A stretch of DNA of 62,715 bases, filler included, from Welwitschia mirabilis (lineage: Eukaryota): the NCBI GenBank assembly GCA_051453625.1. It is 4 parts of one record of this genome, joined end to end, with 100 filler letters (N's around TTAATTAATTAA, not from the genome) between each part and the next. Parts side by side here need not be neighbours in the genome. Positions count along the whole stretch, not along the records: positions 17,539 to 40,086 come from JBOZIK010000001.1; 3 more parts are not named here. One strand, given 5' to 3'. The translations under genes and the position numbers were made by a program. Numbering within the stretch: the first letter of the stretch is position 1; each line of letters begins with the position of its first letter. The notes under the pieces were generated by a model that did not search any database, had not been told where the DNA came from, and saw only the letters and a program-made list of their open reading frames with translations. Below, in pieces: positions 24,490 through 36,309 of the stretch.

Positions 24490-25650
24490 TAAATTCATAA
24501 ATTAACTTTCTAGAGTTAAAGAAATTAATGATAAATACTACAAATGTAAGTGTCATGCATAAATATTCCTTGATACAAATGTGTACATAGTCATAACCAA
24601 TGATTAGATTACCATCATGTTTAAGTAATATAACAACACAATTATAGACATTAATAAGTAATATTATACTTACCAATGAAGAGGCCTAAAGGCTATCCTA
24701 ATAGAACATGAAACAAATCATAATTTTAGTAAAAGATAAATCCAAAGAAATAATCATGATAAAAGATGCAAAAAGTTGCATTTAAATAAAGATAACAAGG
24801 AATAGGAAATCTAAGAAGAAGGTTCTAATAGAGAATACAAGAATATTAAATTATGATTTTTAAGATACAGAAGAAATAGTTTAGTAACAATAAAGTATAA
24901 AATTTAAGAATACTAGTTATAAATTTCTTTCATAACATGATGACAATAATAAGTAATAAACTGATATTATACAGAATGATATATTGTATGAAATAGGTAT
25001 ACTAGAAGAAATTTTAGTGTAATTAAATGATAAAAATTGATAAATTAGAAAGAAAGTTTACTATCACTTCAGTATGAGTGAATAACATATCATTATTTTC
25101 TTATTAAGATGCATAAGTTATATAAGTTTTAAAAGAAGCATTTTAACATGAATGATTGGAACATGTTTTATTAAACAGAATAGAAAAGCTTAAGGATTAG
25201 AGGATGTGAAAGTAAAGAAATTTAAAAATAAGATTTATATTTTAAGTAAGAGATTTAAAAAACCATTTAAAAATAGCTTTTAGAAGTTAAAAGAAAGTTA
25301 GAACATGTATACTTTGGCATATATGGACATGTGTCATTTGAAAAAACAATAGGTAGTTATGTCTTTAATTTTATTAATGATTGTAAAAATAAGATGTAGA
25401 TTAAATTATTTTAATACTAGTACATTAATTTTAGACTTTTAAAATTTAAGTACCATTTAATTAGCTAGTGGAAACATTATCTAAATTTTAAACCAAAATG
25501 TTGGTATTATTTTAGAGGAGGATAAAATTACAATAAATGGTAAATCAATTCATTCTAGTAGCTAGTTTTAATTAAATTTATCCAAAAGGATTAAAAATAT
25601 AATCGTTTAACATGATAAGTCATGATAGATTTTGAAGTAAATAGTAATTC
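24490..25650 (+). pseudogene. Very decayed, divergent copia-like pol remnant (RT-like, then WH..GH-like and integrase-like words)
   Basis: Weak motifs in the expected RT order: KYYKCKCHA*IF, IIDINK, MKRPKGY, NKV*NL, SV*VNNISLFS, VLKEAF, MND; then LWHI/GHVSF near 25313. Confidence 0.35.
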
Positions 25651-25999
25651 CCTTTGAATAAACTTAACAAAGNNNNNNNNNNNNNNNNNNNNNNNNNNNN
25701 NNNNNNNNNNNNNNNNNNNNNNNNNNNNNNNNNNNNNNNNNNNNNNNNNNNNNNNNNNNNNNNNNNNNNNNNAATAGTAATTCCCTTAAAATAAACTTAA
25801 CAAAGAGAGAGCTTAAGTGGCTAAGGAGTAAAGGAGATTGGTAGGATTCTAAAAGCACTAGGACAACAAGGGCGGTTTCGAGTCTAGAGAGCTACAACAC
25901 ATAAAGAAGGCAATATCATCACCTTACAGTCGATTAACAAGTTAGTCATAGTTTTATTTCTTTTATCAGAGTTATTTTATAGCAAGATTTAAAGTAGAA

Positions 26000-27514
26000 C
26001 TCTTACCCTTGAAATGGAAAAGACTTAGTTCTCTAAGGAGGGGAAAACCCTAATATTGTACATAGATGAAGATGCATGCTCTAAAATAGAGAATAAACTT
26101 CAATATATCCTAATCAGCAAGTTTGTNNNNNNNNNNTTTGGCTCAAGGCTTAGAATCAATGTTATTAGATAATGAATAGCTACTAAATGGATAGGAGTTA
26201 GTAAAGTTAAGGTTATAGCCATGCCAAAAGGATTAGTTCTTTTTCAACTTGATAAGGAGCAGGATCAAGATGAAGTTAGTACTAGAGGACCATAGTTCTT
26301 TGAAACTAAAAGATTGGCCCTAGTTAAATGGATGTCAAGGATGCAATCAAACCCAAATCTATTCAAAAATCTACCTATATGGATTTGCAGACACAAGTTT
26401 TTTTTAGATTTTTGAGATGAATATCTTCTAAGGAANNNNNNNNNNNNNNNNNNNNNNNNNNNNNNNNNNNNNNNNNNNNNNNNNNNNNNNNNNNNNNNNN
26501 NNNNNNNNNNNNNNNNNNNNNNNNNNNNNNNNNNNTCAGCAAGTTTTTTTGGTTTGGCTCAAGGCTTAGAATCAATCTTATTAGATAATGAATAGCTACT
26601 AAATGGATAGAAGTTAGTAAAGCTGAGGTCATAGCCATGCCAAAAGGATTAGTTCTTTTTCAACTTGATAAGGAGTAGGATCAAGATGAAATTAGTACTA
26701 GAGGACCATAGTTCTTTGAAACTAAAAGATTGGCCCTAGTCAAATGGATGTTAAGGATGCAATCAAACCCAAATCTATTCAAAAATCTACCTATATGGAT
26801 TTGCATACACAAGTTTTCTTTAGATTTTTGAGATGAATATCTTCTAAGGAAAATCTATTCTCAGTTTGGAAAGCTAATAAAACTAGACAAAATTACTATT
26901 AAACAAATGAGATTAGTGCTAGTAAGATTTTGCATGTGGATTAGCATTGAAGAAACAAAGGAGATTCAATCTATGAAACTTAGATTCAAATGGGAAATGT
27001 ATGACTTAGAAGTCACTTATGAGAACCTTTTGATAACATGTAAGACTTGCAGAAAGACCAAACATGCTCTAGGAAGATGTGTAAGAACAGAAAAGAGTTG
27101 TATCCACTATGAGAAAAAAGGCCATGAAAAGGATGAATGCAGGAAAAGAAAAATTGATATTAATGACAAGCAAAAAGAAACATGCTTCTTCTATAGAAAC
27201 TAGCATGAATAGAAGAAAGAGAAAATAGTCAAGAACATAATGGTTTACCTAAGGAAAAAGAAAGAAAAGACAAGAAATATAATCCCTTTCAACACTTAAT
27301 GGAGGAAGATTCTAAAGATAATTATTAATCTTAAAACCAAGTAAATATAGATGAGTCAAATGATGTCAATACCTAGATGAAGGGAAGATATAGTAATAGG
27401 ATATTTTGGGAGAGGAAAACTACAAAAAATGTGGCTAATAGCTTATAAGAAACCATTAAAAACACATTAAAAAAAGATCAAGGGGCACCCAGAAAGGGGA
27501 GAAAACAAACCTAA
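26000..27514 (+). pseudogene. LINE ORF1 remnant (DUF4283-like, zf-CCHC_4-like and CCHC knuckles); start approximate; part duplicated across a gap
   Basis: AMPKGLVLFQLDKEQDQDEVSTRGP*FF...LVKW; RFCMWI; VTYENLLITCKTCRKTKHALGRC; CIHYEKKGHEKDEC. Confidence 0.82.
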
Positions 27515-28160
27515 TGGAGTGCCTCTCTTGGAATTGTAGGGGATTAGGGCCAATCCTATAATAAAAATATCCTAAGAGATTTAATTAGTAAATTTAACAT
27601 CAACTTAGTTTGTATACAAGAGATAAAAATGTGAGATAATATAAAATTAGAAAACTTTTGATGATAATGAAACATATTCAGCTTTACAGCACAAAAAAAT
27701 TTCAAAGGAATTATGACCCTCATTAAAAAAGATGCAGAATTATCCATAGCAGCAAAAATCACTTAATAATCTTTCTGAAAGAAGAATGATAAACCATCAT
27801 AAATGTCTAATACTCTTAGAAAAATCTTAATAAAGCCTCCATGCTGAGGAATCTTTAGTAGTTAATAAGTCCAAATGACTAATTATGAAGGATTGTAACC
27901 AATGCCTTCATCGATGGGAGAAAATAGGAGGTGAAAAATAGAATAGCATAGGGGTAATAATCCTTAGAGATTTCATAGAGTAAAATGCCCTCATGGATAT
28001 CAGACTTACTGGATGCAAATAATCTTAGTTTAATAGAAGAATGAAAGGTAACCAAGTCATGTTTAGGATTGATTAAATATTAGCTAGAAAGGTATTTATG
28101 AAATTTCAAAATTAGATAAAAAAATTAAAATTAAACCCAAGCTGTAGCCTTGTCTAATAG
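27514..28160 (+). pseudogene. LINE ORF2 APE endonuclease remnant
   Basis: MECLSWNCRGLG, NLVCIQEIK, MDIRLTGCK*S*FNRR...FRID*IL; ATG sits in a TAATG overlap. Confidence 0.82.
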
Positions 28161-30699
28161 GATTAGATAAGTTGCCTTTTCTAGATAATATTTTAAAATG
28201 TATTTGGACAATTATAAACATCTTTTACTTTTGTAATAATGAAAAGAATTCTCTAGATACTATTTTATTCATTATATGTAGATTAAAAAAGTTTGGAAAT
28301 GTTTTTAATGATAAAGTAGCACATGTTTATTTGAAATGATATCGTTTTAATAAAAATGGGCATTAATGATAGATGTAAATTAATTTAATGAAAGACTTAT
28401 ACATTGATTATGGTTAAAATATCATAAATTATTTAATTTATTTTTAAAAACAAAGAAGATTAATGACATCTTTTAATCATCATCAATTGAAGGTTACATT
28501 GTTAAAAGAAACATTATGAAAAGGCTTGATGAATTTAAATATGTTAAAGTTAGATTCATTCCAACCACTACATAAGGGATTTATGTTAAATAAAATACTT
28601 AAATTATGCACTCAAGTTGCGATCACTAGAGCCAAGCTCAAAAAGCCCTAAAAATGAACCTGAAAATTCCTAGCTCATTCCTTATATAAGACAAACAAGG
28701 GGTTTTTTGAGGATAATAATAATAGTGATGAAAACTAGATGCAAGGACAGAAAGATAGCAATATAGTAGCATATTATATAGGGAGTGATAGATAGTAAAT
28801 GATATAGAAAATACTATAGAAGAAAGGTAATAGTAAAGAAACAGATAGGTAAATATAGTAAGGATACAAGATGATTTAAAATGGAATTCATGATGTAATT
28901 CCATATGTCTTGCATGCATACTCCCTTAATTATTTAACATTTACAAAGATAAAGAAGAGAAATATAGTAGAAAATAAAATAGAATAGCATTAGAGGAAAA
29001 TGAATAAAGAAAACAATACTAAGGAAGAGGAATAAAGATAATGATGTAGAGGGAAAAGAAAATGGAAATAACATTGAGGAAAAATAAAGGAAAAAAGCCC
29101 CTGTGAAAAGAGGAATACAAGAGAGCAGTGAGAGAATGGAACAAGTATGGAGACTAAGAAGATATTAAACACACTACTAGGAGAAGAAATCTAGGAAGGA
29201 ATAGAAGAATATACAAAGCTTCTATCAAATTAAGAAGCAATCTTAGCTCTGATCCTTTATCTTTTAGTTACTTTTAANNNNNNNNNNNNNNNNNNNNNNN
29301 NNNNNNNNNNNNNNNNNNNNNNNNNNNNNNNNNNNNNNNNNNNNNNNNNNNNNNNNNNNNNNNNNNNNNNNNNNNNNNNNNNNNNNNNNNNNNNNNNNNN
29401 NNNNNNNNNNNNNNNNNNNNNNNNNNNNNNNNNNNNNNNNNNNNNNNNNNNNNNNNNNNNNNNNNNNNNNNNNNNNNNNNNNNNNNNNNNNNNNNNNNNN
29501 NNNNNNNNNNNNNNNNNNNNNNNNNNNNNNNNNNNNNNNNNNNNNNNNNNNNNNNNNNNNNNNNNNNNNNNNNNNNNNNNNNNNNNNNNNNNNNNNNNNN
29601 NNNNNNNNNNNNNNNNNNNNNNNNNNNNNNNNNNNNNNNNNNNNNNNNNNNNNNNNNNNNNNNNNNNNNNNNNNNNNNNNNNNNNNNNNNNNNNNNNNNN
29701 NNNNNNNNNNNNNNNNNNNNNNNNNNNNNNNNNNNNNNNNNNNNNNNNNNNNNNNNNNNNNNNNNNNNNNNNNNNNNNNNNNNNNNNNNNNNNNNNNNNN
29801 NNNNNNNNNNNNNNNNNNNNNNNNNNNNNNNNNNNNNNNNNNNNNNNNNNNNNNNNNNNNNNNNNNNNNNNNNNNNNNNNNNNNNNNNNNNNNNNNNNNN
29901 NNNNNNNNNNNNNNNNNNNNNNNNNNNNNNNNNNNNNNNNNNNNNNNNNNNNNNNNNNNNNNNNNNNNNNNNNNNNNNNNNNNNNNNNNNNNNNNNNNNN
30001 NNNNNNNNNNNNNNNNNNNNNNNNNNNNNNNNNNNNNNNNNNNNNNNNNNNNNNNNNNNNNNNNNNNNNNNNNNNNNNNNNNNNNNNNNNNNNNNNNNNN
30101 NNNNNNNNNNNNNNNNNNNNNNNNNNNNNNNNNNNNNNNNNNNNNNNNNNNNNNNNNNNNNNNNNNNNNNNNNNNNNNNNNNNNNNNNNNNNNNNNNNNN
30201 NNNNNNNNNNNNNNNNNNNNNNNNNNNNNNNNNNNNNNNNNNTAGTCACTTTTAATTAACAAGTCCCATATCTTACTTACATAATGTTTATTTTTAGTTT
30301 CTTATGCTCTTCTTTTAAGATGTAGAGTTTGCGACATAATGTTTAATTTTGTAATTTATTTTCTAACTAATTTGTTATATTTGGTATGATGTAAGATGAC
30401 TTAGTTTTAACATGTTTGCCTATTGCATTTTATTTTCTTTATCATTCATTTTGCTTGATCTATTATTTGCATAAACTTTAGTAGTAAAGGACACATGTGT
30501 AGAGATGCGTAAATGACATTTTAAATGAAGATAATTTCAGTCCTACTGTAATATGTTTATTATTATTATTTTTATTTTTTTCCTTCATTATAGTATTCCA
30601 CAAAGATATTTGTTTAGTATTGAAAAAACATTCTATGTGGATTTTCTAAAGTTCTTAATGATTCTTAGAAATTTAATGTTCTCTTTGATTCTCTATAAT

Positions 30700-33545
30700 G
30701 CAACACTGTCATTTTCTTTTTAATTACATCTCCATGACTAATTAATATGATAGTGTTATTATCTCCAATTTTACTTTTGAAAGGGTCATAATTAATTTCA
30801 TTTGAAATATGTAATCAATGATACTTTATTGCTCTTGAAAAATATTCTAATAGAATATTTCAATCATTTAGTAGCTCTTATTATTAACAACAACCAAGTC
30901 TTAAATGTTTCTATCGAGCAATTTAGGTTTTGTTAGATTAATCAAACTCTATAAGCTAAATATAGATTTTAAATTATAGTTCTACACCATTAAAATTGTT
31001 CATTAGGAATACATAAAAACATTGAATATCTTTGAAATTAATTAAAATTTGGGATTTACCATATTTTTCAAATATTTACAAAACTCTAAAAAATGGATTA
31101 TGTTTATGAAGTAATGTAATACTAGTTATCCTTAAAAGTTCTAATATAATATGCTTTCTATACCTTGCGTTGAAAGGAGATAAAGCTTATAAAGTCTTAA
31201 GTTTTATTAAAAAAAAGACTTATGACATATATTTCTAGATTTGCAGAAGTTTTTAGAAGCATCCATGATCATATTGCTGCTAAAGTAGAACATCATCCCT
31301 TTTGAGAATAACTTTGATCTACACCTAAACAAGTAGCCTAATATTCTCCATGATCTAACACTATAATGTCCTCTTGCATTAGTGATAAAAATTGAATTAC
31401 TTAAAAAAAAAAAAAAAAACTCCTAGTACTTCTAACCCACTCTTATAGAAATCATGTTATCAAATTGTAAAAGGCATAATAGATTCTTTTTCCTAGGTTC
31501 TAATTCAATAGATTTCCATTTCTTTAATATTAAGTGATGTAGCTTATAGCGCAAACATCTAATGCTTCTAACTATGAGACTTTAATAAAGGAAAAGGAAT
31601 CCTTTTATGATCAACTTGGTGTTCATGTTTTTCACCCTTTGAAACTTATAAAAAGAACCCATCCTAAGGCTANNNNNNNNNNNNNNNNNNNNNNNNNNNN
31701 NNNNNNNNNNNNNNNNNNNNNNNNNNNNNNNNNNNNNNNNNNNNNNNNNNNNNNNNNNNNNNNNNNNNNNNNCATGATCAACTTGGTGTTCATGTTTTTT
31801 ACCCTTTGAAACTTATAAAAAGTACCCATCCTAAGGCTATACCCAAAAGAAATGTGATTTGTAACTAACATTATTTATATAATAATTTATTAAATAATCA
31901 TTATCCTAAATATGTGGTATTATTTTTTAATATAACTTTCATAATATGGACACTGCATTTTTCATTCATTAAGGTTTAGTTTCCTTGCTTAACCTAGATT
32001 ATGTGCTTTCCTATTATCTAAATAATCATGATATACATTATCATATGTAATAGTTTTTTGTGAAACTTGATTTATACCCTTGATCTTCTTATGAAATCAT
32101 TTGTTAATTGAGTAACATTTCATATTACTTTAATTATCCACATTATAACATGATACAATTTTTGTTCTAGCTGTCTACATTATAACACAACCTAAATACC
32201 TATCGTTGATTTAGTAATAATAATAAAAAAAGAACTCTGTATAATCCTACTTACCTATCATAGGGTAGCTCATATTTAGATCAACATGTTCATATGAACA
32301 TATGATCATGCATCTCTTATAACTTTTCTTAGAATCTACAAGCAATACCATATTTTATTCTTTGTTCAACCTTAATTGTTTAAATCATACGTTGGTTAGT
32401 TTTATTCTTGGAATTTCATGATATCAATGATTGTTTCTCATGTTTCATCATTAATTCTCAAAGAACATTATGTTAGATATCAAAAAGTTTTTTTAAAAGA
32501 TTTAGATTATTCTTCATTTTCCACCTTAATTGCAACAATGCTACCTTTGTATTTTTGTTGGGCATTCTCATCTTATGCATAGAATAGTTGAAATCCCCTA
32601 ATTAGGGCCAATTCCTACTACAATTATGGGTACTTCTTAGGGTGCACAATTTGAAGGTAATGTGAGCATATTATCCTTCACCCTCTTGCACTTCTTATGC
32701 TCTTCATCTTATAACATCTTATCATACTTTTATGCAATGCTTGTAACCTTCTTTAATGTGTCTTATTTTTTAGCATGACCCTTTTATTTTTTTTTTTGAA
32801 ATGGATGAGTTGACACCCTTAATGCACTCTATGGATTTTTAAATATCAATCTTAGTTGGAAGATGTGGATAAACATAGTCATGAAAAAATTCATAAGATT
32901 TGAATTTTAACAAATGTCTATTACATCAAGCCAAAGATGGATAGAATTATATCAGAATTACACAACCAAACATCATGGACTTATTTTAATTTATTAATTA
33001 ATTGAATTTAATGTATAGAAATTTAACTTGCTTTTGTATGTAACTTTCAATATTAGATGAAATTGCATATGGGTAGATGAATACTTTAGTTATGGATTAC
33101 CATTCCCTTAATCCAAGGACTCTAACACCTAGACATAATACCACATTATCAATCTATATGCTGGGTTATCACTAGAACAAAAATCTAGGAATCTTTATGT
33201 TACTGATGCTTTCGAGACCATTCATGCTTCCATTTTTGTGTGCATATAACAATGCCTGAATATCACATGATTCCTCATTGGAGTTGTCTATATGGCTATC
33301 CTGTTATATCCTCTTAACACATTTCTTAACTATTCATGTTTCTAATAACATGTAATAACAAACACATTATAAAACAAGTATGTACCTCTTATACAATTTA
33401 ATAACTAGTTATGTCATAATATAGACACCATCTAGGAATTTGTAGATTAGATTCAACTTGTATTCTTCTTTTTCTCTTAGTAGAAATCACACAAATAATT
33501 TAGTAGTATCTTTTAAGACCTTTCTCTCTAATCTTTGTTAATCGT
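30700..33545 (-). mobile_element. Highly decayed, internally deleted L1-type LINE; boundaries approximate
   Basis: Minus-strand motifs in L1 order: PWI (~33115), KGHAK (~32780), W..LGDFN (~32595), *KDSFS..LEAL (RQGDPLSP-like, ~31600), LQFDN (~31460), TCLGV (~31325). 5' end TTAACAAAGA..AGAGAG resembles the start of the LINE at 25795. Confidence 0.5.
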
Positions 33546-36309
33546 CAAGGATAAAACAAATAGCTAAATGATATCTTATAAGATCTTTTTCTCTAATCTT
33601 TATTAACCATCACACATATGTTAGGCTTTATGGCTGGTATGTATACTCTTTGACTTTGTTTATCACTAAGAGAGCAAGTTATTTGGCATATGATGTTGAA
33701 AATTATTTAAATTGCAATAAGCATGTTGGTGATCTACTAATTGTTTTGGGATGATTCTGTGTATCATTTGTTATGAGAACAACAATTTTTCTTTTAAGTA
33801 GTAAATCGATATCATATTAAAATGCTCTACTTAATTTTAATACTTGTAATATGTTTTTATTTTCATGTATAATTTATAATAATCTCACTTCGATGATGAC
33901 ATGCTATTAGGTTCCTCCTTCTTATCATACCAATATTGCTATTACTTAGTTTAGGATTAAATCATGGATAACATATTAGTAAACTTTATCATTTACTAAA
34001 GGATTATAGCATGTTTTATCTAAAATATCAAACATGTCTTTGCAATGTGAAAAATTAATTTTAGAATTTAAATAGAGAGGTTACAATTTAAAGTTTAATT
34101 GATGCTATGTCATTTTAATTTATCCATGACTTACAATTCTTATAGTAACTTTCTTTTAATTTCTCTAGTGATAACTCTAGACAAAGAGGAATACCTTTAA
34201 ATATAAATATGACTCCATTTAATCCCTAGTGTATTTGTGAAGTTAAGAGATATTTTGTAAGATAGATTATCTTTTGTTAACCTATAAATTTTCATATCCT
34301 ATTTCCATGATATTTTAAAGTATTCCTATAGAATTCATCAAAGTTAAGGTACATGTAGGTGTGTAGCATCCCATAGGTAGGTGAAAAGCAAATATTACTC
34401 TTTGTCATTGGGTTCTTTTGATGTTATAGAAGCTTTGGAAAGAGCATATTTTAAGATTGTTTAGAGGAAAAGAATCTCATATTTGATTTTAAACTTGATT
34501 GTTAACAAATGAAAGGAAAGTTTGAAAATTTGAAAAAGAATTATATATTGAAATATAATATTATGATTTACATTTTATAAATTCTTAATTCTTAGTGATT
34601 TCCCTTATTGATGTTATCTACTTGATTTTATATTTCATTTTTTTTGTTATTATTGCGTTTCATATTTGATATGCTATCTTATTTTTTATGTTAAGAGATC
34701 TTTACAATTAAAATAAACTACATCTATTGTGTGATTGTCATAATCTTTTGGGCATAAGTAAAATCATGATTTATCATAACATGTAGAATTAATTATAAGC
34801 TTAATCTGACATTTTGTTTACTCTATGTCATCATTAGATGATTCCCTTACCACATTTGTGATATTGAATTTTATCTTTGACTTTCTTATTTGTGTCTTTT
34901 TTTTAATTTACATAGCTTTAGTATAATTTAGATGCTTCTTATGAAACAATAACATTGTCTATACTATAAATTAAGTCCTTCATATCGTGGCTATGTAAAA
35001 AACTTAATTCCCAAAGGTAACCTCCTAATAATGAATCAAACTTTTAAAATTTTGATCATTACAAACATTCTTCACCTTTAGTAAGTTTTAAGAATATAAA
35101 TTTCAATTTGAAATACAAAGAATAGGAGATACATGATTTTAAAGAATATGATTTTAGTTTCTAACACACTTTTACTTGAAGATGCTAATTTAGATATGCC
35201 TATAATCTAGGAATTCAAAGAAGTAAAAAGCCTTACACCTCAAAATTGGATAAGTAATGGATCACCTTCTTGCTTATTGAAGTTTCATATGTAATGATGA
35301 GCTTGTTAAGGACTTAACCTATTAACTATTTGAAGAAAACTAAATCAATCTGTATAAGTTACAATAAAGATGAAAGAGCTAATGAGAATGATTTTCCTTG
35401 TGGTAAATGTTCTTACCAATACTTTGAATTCATCCTAAAAAGTATTTTACTAATTCAAGCAAAAAAATTAAGCTCAAAAAAGACTATAAGATAGAGTAAG
35501 CCAATTAGAAAGAAAATAAAATGCATCTATGTGAAGTTATCTAATTAAAATAAAAAGGATTTATGTATAGAAAATAAGAACTAGTTGGTTTGTTTTGCTA
35601 AAAGAAAAATATTATAATAATTAAAGAGCATGACTTTTTCTAAATGGTCATTGAAATTATATAAAATAAAAAATTATTAAAAACAGAAAAGACAGATAAA
35701 ACATACAAAAAGCACATATGTCTAAGTTACATTAATTAAGATGTATTAATATGAATAAAAATCATGAAGAGTAATGCATATGAAAAACATGTCATAATCA
35801 ATGAACTTTATCTTTATAATATGTATCTTCATTAATCTTTCTTTAACTAATAGCAACTTTAGTTTGATTAGTCCTTAATTGGTGAAATGAAGAGTTTTAT
35901 TAATCTATTCTCTATCATCAAATCAAAGGTTAGTTTAACATGCACTTAAAAACTAATTAAAAAATGCTTAATTATATTTCAGAAAAGAAGCATAACAATG
36001 CACATCCTAAAAAGCTAAGTTCTTTGTTACAAAAAATTCAAAGAGTTAGATTTTATATATAAAGATATAGAATTAATTATAGAAGTAATATAACCATCAT
36101 GAAAGGAAAACTAAATCTTTATAAAATTATTAAAAAATAAAACTTGTTTATGAGGTGGATGCCAAAGCAAAAGTGAGGGTGTGATATCAGGAATACAAGT
36201 GCATAATCTAACTTTGAAAATGAAGTACATGGACTATTTTATTTGGCAAAAATTCAATAAAGGATAAACCAAGGCATACAATCAAGGGGTGAACCTTAGG
36301 GTCTATAAG

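Larger units (their letters stand above)
25795..28160 (+). mobile_element. L1-type LINE, 5' part (ORF1 and endonuclease of ORF2), decayed and 3'-truncated
   Basis: Plant L1 ORF1 motifs followed by ORF2 APE endonuclease motifs. Confidence 0.88.

Noticed and set aside
28170..28570. SSIEGYIV word resembling a CACTA transposase motif
   Set aside because: A single short weak match without supporting motifs or terminal repeats.
28638..29172. Hydrophobic F/L/Y/S-rich ORFs (also 36659, 38302, 44067, 48440, 48683)
   Set aside because: Chance frames in AT-rich or purine-skewed LTR/UTR sequence, or antisense to decayed ORFs; no recognisable domain.
29257..30262. Long ORFs in the supplied track (also 16669-17205, 40364-41233, 50381-50993)
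   Set aside because: They are almost entirely translated N gaps.
28583..30520. Possible LTR after AAGGGAT (TGTTAAA...)
   Set aside because: No second copy, PBS or TSD in the window, and about half the span is N.
33610..36309. Unassigned AT-rich stretch with a PPT-like AAAAGTGAGGGTGTGAT at ~36169
   Set aside because: Probably old retroelement 3' sequence, but no domain or repeat partner could be established.
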